This document shows, piece by piece, positions 1 to 9,900 of a stretch of DNA of 64,000 nucleotides. The number at the start of each line of letters is the position of its first letter. The stretch's first letter is position 1. The notes beneath the pieces were generated by a model, which saw only the letters and a list, made by a program, of their open reading frames with translations, did not search any database and was not told the DNA's origin. This stretch comes from Chlamydiota bacterium (lineage in GTDB: Bacteria > Auribacterota > JACPWU01), in NCBI GenBank assembly GCA_016178055.1, contig JACOUC010000036.1, forward strand, positions 9-64,008, written 5' to 3'. The position numbers and the translations under genes are program-made.

Positions 1-57
1 CTGGCTTCACTCGGTTCGTTGCCTCTCCAAGTGCAGAGTTCAGTTCTGAGTCGGTGG

Positions 58-1224
58 TTAGCCTTTACTCAGGCTCCTTATTTCGGCTTGCTTTTGTTGG
101 CTTGCTTGGCGCACTGAACTTTCAACTTTAAACCTTAAACTTTCGTGATACATCGCATCTCTCTCAACCGGCTCACGTCCCGCATCAGAAATGAGTTTAA
201 TGAGCGTCTCTCGGGTGAGCGCATTTTGAGTTTTTGCTCCGGCATCATGATAAATTTTTTCCTCGATTACGGAGCCGTCAATATCATCGGCTCCATAAGA
301 AAGAGCCACTTGAGAGAGAGCGGGGGTGAGCATAACCCAATAAGCCTTGATATGATTAAAATTATCCAGAAGAAGACGAGAAATGGCCAATGTTTTTAAA
401 TCATCCATTCCCATCGTCCAACCGATCTTTCCCATCCGATTATTTTCAGGATGATAGGCCAAAGGAATAAAACATCGGAAGCCTCCTGTCTCATCTTGAG
501 CACTCCTCAACGCTAAAAGATGTTCAACACGCGACTCTAATTTTTCCAGATGTCCATAGAGCATGGTCGCATTGGTTGGGATCCCTAACCGATGAGCAGT
601 CTTTGCGACCTGGAGCCAGCGAGCCCCTGTCGCCTTCTCTCCACAAATTTTTTTGCGCAATTTTTCATCGAAAATTTCAGCTCCTCCCCCTGGAAGAGAA
701 TCCAAACCCGCTTCTTTGAATTCTGCCAAAACTTCATGAGCTGATTTTTTATAAATTTGAGAGAAAAAATCAATTTCAACACAAGTAAAAGCTTTAATAT
801 GAAGCGTCGGATATGCCTTTTTAATGGCCGATAAAAGATCCAAATAATAAGAATAAGATAACTCCGGATGAAGCCCACCGACCATGTGAAGTTCTGTTAA
901 ACCCTGATCCCAAACATTCTCAATTTTTTTTAGAATTTGATCAATGCTAAGTGTGTATCCTTCAGAATGGCCCAGGTCACGTCGAAAGGAACAAAAGAGG
1001 CAATCGACGGCACAGATATTGGTATAATCAATATGGAGATTAATAACAAAATAAGCCTTATTTCCATTTTTCTTCTCACGCACAAGATTGGCAAGAGCCC
1101 CAATTCCGTTCAAATCTCGAGAACGAAAAAGAGTCAAACCCTCTTCAAACGAAAGACGCTTGCCATGCTCAACTTTTTCGGCAATCAAAGACAATTCAGA
1201 TTTTTCTAATAAAAGATTCATCAT
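58..1224 (-). CDS. Radical SAM menaquinone (futalosine pathway) enzyme, MqnE/MqnC family
   Basis: ORF 58..1242. It has the YTNIC-AVDCLFC (CxxxCxxC) cluster motif plus GGGAEIF, TMLYGH and QDETGGF motifs typical of MqnE/MqnC-type radical SAM enzymes. Start placed at ATG 1224, which overlaps the upstream TGA (ATGA coupling). MqnE versus MqnC cannot be resolved by eye. Confidence 0.8.
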   Translation of the reverse strand: MMNLLLEKSELSLIAEKVEHGKRLSFEEGLTLFRSRDLNGIGALANLVREKKNGNKAYFVINLHIDYTNICAVDCLFCSFRRDLGHSEGYTLSIDQILKKIENVWDQGLTELHMVGGLHPELSYSYYLDLLSAIKKAYPTLHIKAFTCVEIDFFSQIYKKSAHEVLAEFKEAGLDSLPGGGAEIFDEKLRKKICGEKATGARWLQVAKTAHRLGIPTNATMLYGHLEKLESRVEHLLALRSAQDETGGFRCFIPLAYHPENNRMGKIGWTMGMDDLKTLAISRLLLDNFNHIKAYWVMLTPALSQVALSYGADDIDGSVIEEKIYHDAGAKTQNALTRETLIKLISDAGREPVERDAMYHESLRFKVESSVRQASQQKQAEIRSLSKG

Positions 1225-2666
1225 AATCCAAACTTGTTCCACATTTGAGTGACCCGCTCTTTTACTTGAGCATCCATCACAATTTCATCAGGCCAATCAC
1301 GAGTAAAACCTTCTTCCTTCCATTTACGCGTGGCATCAATCCCCACCTTACTTCCCAGACAGGGTAAGCGACTCGCATGATCCAGAACATCAACCGGTCC
1401 AGTTGTAAAAAGAAAATCCCGTTCAGGATCAATATGGTTCAAAGCCTTCCAAGCAACTTCTCTGAGATTGTGAACATCCACATCTTTATCCACCACTACA
1501 ACCACTTTTGCAAAGCACAATTGAGCTAAACCCCAAATCGCACTCATCACTTTCCGAGCCTGACCCGGATAGCGTTTATCAATCGAAACGATTAAAAGAT
1601 TATGGAAAATACCCTCTGCGGGCATATTCATATCAATGAGTTCAGGAAGCTGTTTCTTCAAAAGGGGAAGAAAAATACGCTCCGTCGCCTTCCCCATAAA
1701 AAAATCCTCCTGAAGAGGAGGACCCACAATGATTGTAGGATAAATAGGATTTTTTCTCATCGTGATCGCGGTCACGTGAAATACAGGATAAAGATCAGCC
1801 AAGGAATAATAGCCGGTGTGATCTCCAAAAGGGCCTTCCGTTTTTGATTCTGTTGGGTTCACATACCCTTCTAAAATAATTTGAGAATTGGCTGGAACTT
1901 CTGAATCGATTGTTTTACAAGAAACCATTTCCACGGGACGATTGCGAATAAAACCGGCCAACATCATTTCATCGACTCCTTCAGGAAGAGGTGCAGATGC
2001 CGAATAAATGACCGCAGGATCAGGCCCTAAAGAAACCGCAACCTCTAGACGTTTTCCTAAAGACTTCGCCTTATGAAAATGGGCTGCTCCCCCCTTATGA
2101 ATTTGCCAATGCATCCCGATCGATCGTTCATCAAAAATTTGGAGCCGGTATATTCCATAATTTTTTGTTCCCGTCTCAGGATCTTTTGTAATCACGACCG
2201 GTAACGTAATATAGCGTCCACCATCTTTGGGCCAACATTGTAACGCGGGTAAATCAAAAAGTGAAAACCCTTCTTTTTTTACAATTTCCTGACATGGGGC
2301 CTGTTTTATCAACTTTGGTTTTAACGCCCTTAACGTTTGGAGCATGGGCAACATCTGAACAGATTCTAGAAAACCTGAAGGAATTTTAGGTTCTAAAAAT
2401 GAGGAAATGCGCTCCGCTAGCTCCTCTAGATTCTGAGCCCCTAAAGAAAGGGACATCCGCTTCGCACTTCCAAAAGTATTAATCAAAAGAGGAATGCTAG
2501 ACCCTTTGACTTTTTCAAAGAGAAGCGCAGGCCCACCCTGCTTGGTCACACGATCCGTGATCTCTGTAATCTCAAGAACAGGATCCACCTCGTAGGAAAT
2601 ACGCTTCAGCTCTCCTATTTTTTCAAGAGCCTGAACAAAATCATTAAGACTGTCGTAGGTATACAT
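1221..2666 (-). CDS. UbiD-family decarboxylase (menaquinone biosynthesis decarboxylase, SCO4490-like)
   Basis: 481 aa, the usual UbiD length, with UbiD-like motifs (HWQIHKGG, GPFGDHTGYY). It is translationally coupled to the downstream mqn radical SAM gene. Confidence 0.85.
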   Translation of the reverse strand: MYTYDSLNDFVQALEKIGELKRISYEVDPVLEITEITDRVTKQGGPALLFEKVKGSSIPLLINTFGSAKRMSLSLGAQNLEELAERISSFLEPKIPSGFLESVQMLPMLQTLRALKPKLIKQAPCQEIVKKEGFSLFDLPALQCWPKDGGRYITLPVVITKDPETGTKNYGIYRLQIFDERSIGMHWQIHKGGAAHFHKAKSLGKRLEVAVSLGPDPAVIYSASAPLPEGVDEMMLAGFIRNRPVEMVSCKTIDSEVPANSQIILEGYVNPTESKTEGPFGDHTGYYSLADLYPVFHVTAITMRKNPIYPTIIVGPPLQEDFFMGKATERIFLPLLKKQLPELIDMNMPAEGIFHNLLIVSIDKRYPGQARKVMSAIWGLAQLCFAKVVVVVDKDVDVHNLREVAWKALNHIDPERDFLFTTGPVDVLDHASRLPCLGSKVGIDATRKWKEEGFTRDWPDEIVMDAQVKERVTQMWNKFGL

Positions 2667-2757
2667 ATTTTATGGAGGAAACGATACCAAAAGGCTCATA
2701 AAAAAGGAAGGATTACCTCTTAGATATTTCAAGGTTCATAAGAGGTTCATAAAAAAA

Positions 2758-2786
2758 TTGACGTAATACTGAATTACTGATATTCT
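2758..2786 (+). promoter_or_regulatory. Putative sigma70-type promoter of the AbrB/RelE pair
   Basis: TTGACG (2758..2763), a 17-nt spacer, then TATTCT (2781..2786). The spacer contains the direct repeat TACTGA-AT-TACTGA, a possible operator. Confidence 0.35.
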
Positions 2787-2819
2787 TACTTTCATCAGTC
2801 TAGAAAGGCGAGATACTAA

Positions 2820-3083
2820 ATGATCCTACAACTTAATAATCGCTCAACCATTACGATCCCTTTGGTAACACGAAGAGAATTGGGTATTGGGCCAGGTGAT
2901 CCCTTGGAGGTATGGATCGAGAATGGTCGTTTGGTTCTTGTACCGGTATCCCCTGTTCCAAGGATGGCCAAATTGACTCCCAAAGGCGAACGGAAGGAAC
3001 GCGTTGCCCAAAGAGAGATGCGGAAGGGTAAAATTCGTAAATATGCATCATCGCGGGATCTTTTGAAAGATTTGTTACCTTGA
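2820..3083 (+). CDS. AbrB/MazE/SpoVT-family antitoxin
   Basis: 87 aa with a swapped-hairpin type sequence (STITIPLVTRRELGIGPGDPLEVWIENGRLVLVP). Its end overlaps the next ORF by 4 nt. Confidence 0.7.
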   Translation: MILQLNNRSTITIPLVTRRELGIGPGDPLEVWIENGRLVLVPVSPVPRMAKLTPKGERKERVAQREMRKGKIRKYASSRDLLKDLLP

Positions 3084-3343
3084 CCATTGCTAGAACAGAT
3101 ATTTTTAAAAAAGACTTTTTGGCTTTGCCTCCTGAAGTCCAGAAGGCTACAGCCAAGCAGATTGCTCAACTCTTAATTGATCACTTCCACCCTTCTTTGA
3201 ATTTAGAAGGGATCAAAGGACATCAGGGTTTGTTTTCTGCCCGAGTTAATCAAAGATACCGGATTTCCTTGAGCTTTCAAGGAAGTGATACCCTCTTATT
3301 AAGACGCGTTTTTGATCATGATGATCTCTATTGGAGGCCGTAG
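3080..3343 (+). CDS. RelE/ParE-superfamily toxin-like protein
   Basis: 87 aa. The pattern F.KDF..LP.E...K......L.....HP.L....K......S.RV...YRI...F....L.L.RV..HDD.Y is typical of RelE/StbE-like toxins. It is coupled to the upstream AbrB-type gene. Confidence 0.6.
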   Translation: MTIARTDIFKKDFLALPPEVQKATAKQIAQLLIDHFHPSLNLEGIKGHQGLFSARVNQRYRISLSFQGSDTLLLRRVFDHDDLYWRP

Positions 3344-3364
3344 CTTGCATCTACTCAAACGGCA

Positions 3365-3613
3365 CTAGGAGCTCAATACCAACATGCGATCTCGCAAGAA
3401 TTCTGGAGCTAAGTCAGCTCCATTTTCCCAGACCAGAGTTTCTAGTTCCGGGTCTACTCGAAAAGATTTAAATCTTTTAATATTTTTTAATGGTTCAAAC
3501 ATCTCTCCATAGAGCTCGTCTTTTAAATCTACAATCCCTTCAGACCCATCATTGAGTCGCAACCAAATCATATATTTTTTTTTATATCTAGCTTTCACAA
3601 TGTGTAAAATCAT
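3365..3613 (-). CDS. DUF2442-family protein
   Basis: Sequence MILHIVKARYKKKYMIWLRLNDGSEGIVDL...VWENGADLAPEFL fits DUF2442. Start moved to the internal Met at 3613, directly after the DUF4160 gene. Confidence 0.7.
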   Translation of the reverse strand: MILHIVKARYKKKYMIWLRLNDGSEGIVDLKDELYGEMFEPLKNIKRFKSFRVDPELETLVWENGADLAPEFLRDRMLVLSS

Positions 3614-3617
3614 GCTT

Positions 3618-3878
3618 TTACTCCAAGGGTGGAATACAACGAAGAGGGCTCCTTTTTCTTGCCCGATCCCAATCATCCACCAACTCACTCACATGAATTT
3701 TTCTCCACGCATTCACCAATCCCAAAGCCCGCTTGGACAAAGATCCTTTAATAATTTTCCCGCTTTCGATCTCAATCACAGCCTCCTCACCACCATACTT
3801 GGCATGAAAATGAGGCGGAGCATGATCATTCCAATAAATCGCAATGAGAATTCCAAAAAACCTACTGATGATTGGCAT
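3618..3878 (-). CDS. DUF4160-family protein
   Basis: MPIISRFFGILIAIYWNDHAPPHFHAKYG is the hallmark N-terminus of DUF4160. It is paired with DUF2442, as is usual for this two-gene module. Confidence 0.75.
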   Translation of the reverse strand: MPIISRFFGILIAIYWNDHAPPHFHAKYGGEEAVIEIESGKIIKGSLSKRALGLVNAWRKIHVSELVDDWDRARKRSPLRCIPPLE

Positions 3879-3930
3879 GCGTTGATTTTACCATAAGAAG
3901 AGACAGACTTTTCAAAAAAAATTGAACTCT

Positions 3931-6900
3931 TCACATGCTTCGTTCCGTCATCTCCGTCGCTTCACGAAATTTTTCCATTTGATCATGCCAACGGCTTACA
4001 TTTGCGAAGGGCGTAACCTGATGCTCGTCCACATCCACAAGCAATCCTTCCAACTCATCAGGTTTAAAACCATGCTGAAGCAATGCTCGGGTAATCGCTT
4101 CGGCATCCCCATAACAAATGGCAGCCATCACGGACACCATCTCCTGACCGTACATGAATTTGTCAAAGAGCCCTTGAATGGGTTCATATAAGTTCCTATT
4201 TTCGCGATGCCCCAGCAGCCACTTTTCTGCCTCCTTCCCGCGAAAAAGTTCCCTCACTTTTGTATCGATTGCAGATCTCGCATCTTGTTCATTCAAATCT
4301 GTCAGGAAAAGAACTCTATCTTGAGGAATTTGATGTTCCCTGCAAAGGGTATCAAACTCTTCTCGAGATCTTTTTCGTTCCACAAAAACCATTTTACGAT
4401 TTCCTGTTTCGGATTCTTTAATAAATTCTGTCGGACTCAAACCTCCCAAACTTTGAACCGGTAAATCCATATCGGGGAATAGACAAACAGGTTTTTGATC
4501 TGCAGATGGTTTTAGAGCCGCTAAAAATTTTTTCTGAAAATGACGCAGCTTGGTTTTTAATCCAATCAGATAAGCGAGGGCCAAAGATAAATCTCTAGGC
4601 CGTGACATCTGAACGTGTGTGACACCCAGCGTCTGGGAATTCAGCTGAGCGGTCATTTCTCCTATTTCCATTTCGAATGACGCACCATTCATATCCTGTC
4701 TGATAGACCAAGTCACATCCCCACTAAAGTCGAGCGTAATCGAGCTTTGCTGAAATTCTCCTCTTTCTACCTTTCCTTCAAGCTCTTGCTCAATATTTTG
4801 AACTGTTTGACCCAACCCCTCCTCATCCAAAAGCCTCCTTGCCTCTAGCTCGAGAGAAAGTCTTTCAGTTTTTGCCTGATGAGCCTCTGCCTCTCTAATA
4901 AGATCCGGATGTTTGACTTGGATCATGAGTTCGACCAGTACAGCATCTAAAGTCTTAAGATCATTCTCTGAAAGCGATGTCTCTTTAGCAAATGAATGTG
5001 TCGCATCTCCCAAAGTCCAAAGAATGTCATAAACGGTATGGCTCTCCATCCATTCCCTTAAGGAAAGTCCCGCCGTTATGTTCTCCTGGGCCCAGGATTC
5101 AAAATTTTGAATTAAATTTTGTTTATGGAATTGAACAACGCCCTCTAAAATTCTAGACTTCAAAGGTTCATCTTCGGGCACCAAATGAAGATAAGCTGAA
5201 AAAATTTCTACTAAACCCTTTCGTTCATTGATGGCCCTAACAGCCGCCCGAACACTGGCCCAGGGGAAGGCGTCTCTTCCTTGATAATGACAAACCAAAA
5301 GGTCCGCTCGATACAACCATTTGTTTATCTCTGTAAAAAAGGCATTTGTCTCGTCAGGGTATAACGACCGAATCCCTGAAGTGTTATAGCCCGGGAAAGA
5401 CAAGCCCGTTATAAGAAATTCTACAGAGGAGTAAACTTCATACTCTGGTTGAAACGGGATGGCCTCTTGATAAAGGCAGTATTGATTCTCACCAACACGT
5501 TGAATCACCAAATAAAGATCTTCATTCTGATTTTCAAAATAAATTTCCCCCCTCGGTAAATTTAAAAAGCAAACGCCTTGATGGGAAAGACGCTTTAACA
5601 ATCTCTCCACCACCTCCTGTTGAGTCTGGGTCAATAAATAAAAAGGCTGAATGGCATTTCCAGATTCATCAACCCAATCGACCCCCTTCGCCAAAAACCT
5701 GCGTTCTACCCCTTCATCAGGTTTCTTTAAATGGTGTAAAGTCATGCTAAGCGAAATAAAATCAAAAGATTCTGCAGAACGATTCTGCATAAACGATTCA
5801 CTCATTACATCATTTTGAGGAATTCTGGCGTCAAGATATGTCACCCCTTCTACATCCGTTTGTCCTCTCTCCCTAAAATCCGCACTGTTAAAAGCACTCT
5901 CTCTGATCTCTCCACTCTCTAGCGAATAACTGGGGAAAAAGGCATCTGTTCCTTCATAGCTAAAATGGGTCCCGGGCAAAGCCTCTTCAAAAGTTTTTCT
6001 CAAAAGATTGAGCGTGGGAGCCCCATAAGCCTTCGGGGCAGATCCAATGTCCAGCCAACGATAATGGTCTTTATGAGGTATCGACAAATGAAGTGAAGGA
6101 AGGTGAGTGGGAATCCATTCCGCTTCAACACCAAAGGGATTTGCATAAAGATGATACATGTCCAGTAAATATCGAAACTGAGGATTGATTTGGATAAACC
6201 GGACAATCGGCTCTCTTGAAAAAATATCTCTTCCTTCAAACATATTCACCACTGCAAGTGCAAGAGGCATGAAACGATGTTCTCCACTGGCATGCCAGGT
6301 CATGAATTTTAGAAAACGCACTATATTTTCTAAGACCTCTTTTCGCCGAGTCTCTGGCAAAGCAGCAACGATTGATAAAATCTTTCCTGCCTCTCGATGT
6401 CGTTCATCGTCATTAGCAAAATCCAACCCGAAAATAGCTGCAATTCCTTCTAAAATATTTTTCTCTTCAATCGTTTGGTGATTAATCTCCGTATAAATTC
6501 GTTTAATCTCAGTTAAGATATTCGTCCGACGCATAACACCTAAAAACAACTTCAAATGTCTCTCCAAATTCGCCTCTCGGGAAAACCTCTTGCCAGCCAC
6601 TTGTCTCGCCCTTTGTCCCATCGTAACTCTTAAATTTGGATGACGGATTAATTCCTCAATTTTCCCTCTAAACGCTTCAACATTTCCAGACTCAACAATA
6701 CAGCCTGTTTCTCCATCCACAACTGTTTCAGGCAATCCTCCCGATCGAGAAACAATAACGGGTTTTCCCATACTTTGAGCCTCTAAAGACACGAGACCAA
6801 ATGTTTCCTCATTTTTTAATGGTTCATCTCGTCTGCTTGGCATGGCAACGATATCGGAAAGAAAATACCAATCTCTCATTTCTTCCGCACTCAAAGGGCC

Positions 6901-9900
6901 TAAAAGAACAATTAAAACACCCTCTTCACGCAAATGTTGAATTTTCTCATACAAAGACTCTCTGAACTGTCTATTGTAGTCGTCATCTCCGTCTCTCAGC
7001 ATATCCTCCGTGAAACCCGCAATGACAACAGCCGCATTCCTCTTTAAATCATTTGATAAGCCCAATATGGCATCGAGCACGACGTCATATCCTTTCCGTT
7101 CCACTGGACGGCCCGACATCAAAATAACTGTCTTACCGGACAAAGAATGATTTACTCTCAAGTCATCTGTTTTGGTAGTAGTCACATAACGAGGATCGTA
7201 AAAACTTAAATCAGCAACAGGATAAAGGCACTCCACTTCAACACCAAAGTCCTTCTGAAATCTTTTTTGAACAGACTCACTAACCGTCAGAGCTAAATCA
7301 GCTTTCTTAAGAATATTTACCGTATTCGGAGAGAAAAATCTTGAATCACCAACCAAATCTTCTGGGACTCGATCTAACAAACGCCAGGGCCCTGAGTGAA
7401 ATTCTTGGATCACAGGTATTTTATTTTGTTTTCCGAACGCATTAAAAGCATTCCCTGCATAGTGAAAAGAAGATTCACTCACAATGAGATCTACTTTACC
7501 CTCTTCTTGTAAAATTTTCCTTAACAAGCCATTGACTTCATCTGCAAGATCTTGCCCTGGCTCATTATTCTGACGAGTCATATGAATTTGAACAACGCCT
7601 TCCAATTCCGATGAAACGACGACTTTACCCCCATCCCGTTTCAATAATGGAGACACCCTTTGACCACCACCCAGAACAATCACATGGATTTTGAGTCCTT
7701 TAATCTCTTGAGCCAATAATAAAAGCAGATGATCCATATAGGTCGATACCCCATTCATCTCCAAATACCCAGGGGCATAAAAAACAAGCACTTTTCCCGA
7801 AAATGCCTCTTTGAGTTGAGATAAGTTCTCTGTTGTTGAAGCTTCCCCCTGTGTAACAGTAATCGAACCCTCTGGACTTGTTTGGGAACCTTGGTCATCG
7901 TTCGCATCATCCCCTAACACCCCCTTCTGATAAAGGGCCCCTGTGACCGTTACCCAATGATTAGAGACAATGTGGGCAATCAGGCCCATGGCCAAAACCG
8001 GCCAGAGGCGAAGTATATTTGAAAAAAGGTTTGATACAACACTCGTCGGTTGAATATCCGGAAGAAGACCAGCAAGGGCAATGTCAGGTTGAATTAACGA
8101 AGTTAATATCAGCAACCCCATGCCCACTACTAAAAAAATCGCTGCTCTTTGACTCTTTCCCTTGACTTGCCTAAGCATCTGTCCTACGATTCCTGCCATG
8201 GAAGAAAATAAATCTGAAAATGATTCCGTAATGAAATCAAGCCACGTGGCTGTCATTCTTGAAGACCTTCGAGGCCAATTTAAGGTTTTTGGAGAAGGGT
8301 TATCCGGACTTCGTGAAAAGACAGAGGAAGGCTTCGCAAGAATCGATAAAAAGTTCGACCGTATCGAAAATGAGCTTGCTAATTTTCGCGTTCGTGTGCG
8401 CGGAGTTGAAGACGGCAATGCACGTATAGAGACCAAAGTCGATAAGATCGAAACCCGACTAGAGAAGGTTGAGACCAAGGTTGATAAGATCGAAATCAGG
8501 CTAGGGAAGATCGAAACCCGACTAGAGAAGGGTGAAATCAAGGTAGAAAAGATTTCAGAAAGTAACGTCCGAATTGAGGCCGATCTTAGGATCATCAAAA
8601 ATCTTGTCAAAGTGAAGGTTGATTTGGAAGAATATAAAATTCTGGAAGATCGTGTTGCCCTTCTTGAATCAAAATTTGCTGCTCTAGCGAGATAACGCGC
8701 TCCATACAAATTCCACACCAAATAAAAAGTTATCCCAACCACCAAAATCATCTCCCACGATGAGAGCCCTGTACGGAAAAATCCAAGAAGTGAGACCAGA
8801 GAAATCAAGGTTGGAATGAAAATTCTTCTGAAGCTAGATGAAAAACCGCTCGAAGCTCGAGGCTCAAAGCTCGAGGTAAATACTTCTTCGGTTCTTTGCT
8901 TTTCCCTCGAGCTTCGAGCCTCCAGCTCATTTTTAGCTTCTAGCCGCCTTTCATGCCCCCACACAAACACCACTCTCAAGACGGCGTAGAGCACAGGACT
9001 TCCTAAAGATAAGGCCCAAATAAAAATTTCTTCGATAAAAGGAACAACAAAATCTTCTTTAAAATCTCGACTCAAAGACTTTCGTCCAAGAACATTTACC
9101 CAAAACCAGTCGAGAGGTCGAGTAACCTGAGACGCCAGCCAATAGGAAGGAAGAAGAACGCCTTTGCCAGAAGAGAAAGAACCTAAAGCAGGATCAACAT
9201 AGCGACTTATAAATGCTTTTAACTCTTGCACTTTAAACAGAGGTTTTTCAGAAAGTTTTCGGGCTTGAATCTCATTAATATAGTGATTGAGCCAAACTTT
9301 TGCTAATTCTAGTCCCTCCTTATTGCCATGTTTTTTCATCATCTCTAGCAAAAATCCTTGCATGACCCCTGTTCGAAGAATGGCATCATGCCCCTGGCCA
9401 AGACTTTCATGTCGATAGCCCTTCTCACCTTCCCTCAACGAGCCAAGCCAGTGTAAATTAAAATAGTAATCAAGAAAGTGAGATGGATCGATCCCTCTTT
9501 TAGTTCCCCGCCATGTGATGAGAGAGAATTTCATTTCCCGACCCGAAATAACAGAAGCTCTCCCTTGTGCCGCTGTCAAATCTCGAACATCCACTCCCAC
9601 ATCTCCTGCATTAATTCTAAAGCCATCAATCAGGGTTTGAGCCTCAGGATTATAGTAACGAACCAAAAACCGTCCCATGGCCGCAAGGGTATTGATCATA
9701 TCTCCAGGCTCAACAAAAGCGCCCCACTTTCCAGGCAAACTTGTATTAACGAGTAAATATCCAGGAGGGATTCGATTTGCCCAAGCATGATGAGGCGAAA
9801 TATACTGAATCTCATCCCGACCATTGATGAATCGACTCGTGTAGGCGCTCACTTTTCCTTCCTGAGTCTCGACCTCTCCATCACGCAAAACCTCGACCAA

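Noticed and set aside
2816-3169. Minus-strand ORFs (117 and 101 aa) opposite the AbrB/RelE pair
   Set aside because: The plus-strand genes have family-typical sequences and operon coupling. The minus ORFs have none.
8162-8197. TTG-initiated N-terminal extensions of the coiled-coil ORFs (track starts 8162 and 16709)
   Set aside because: The TTG is the first half of the TTGACT -35 box. The downstream ATG at the leaderless position is the better start.
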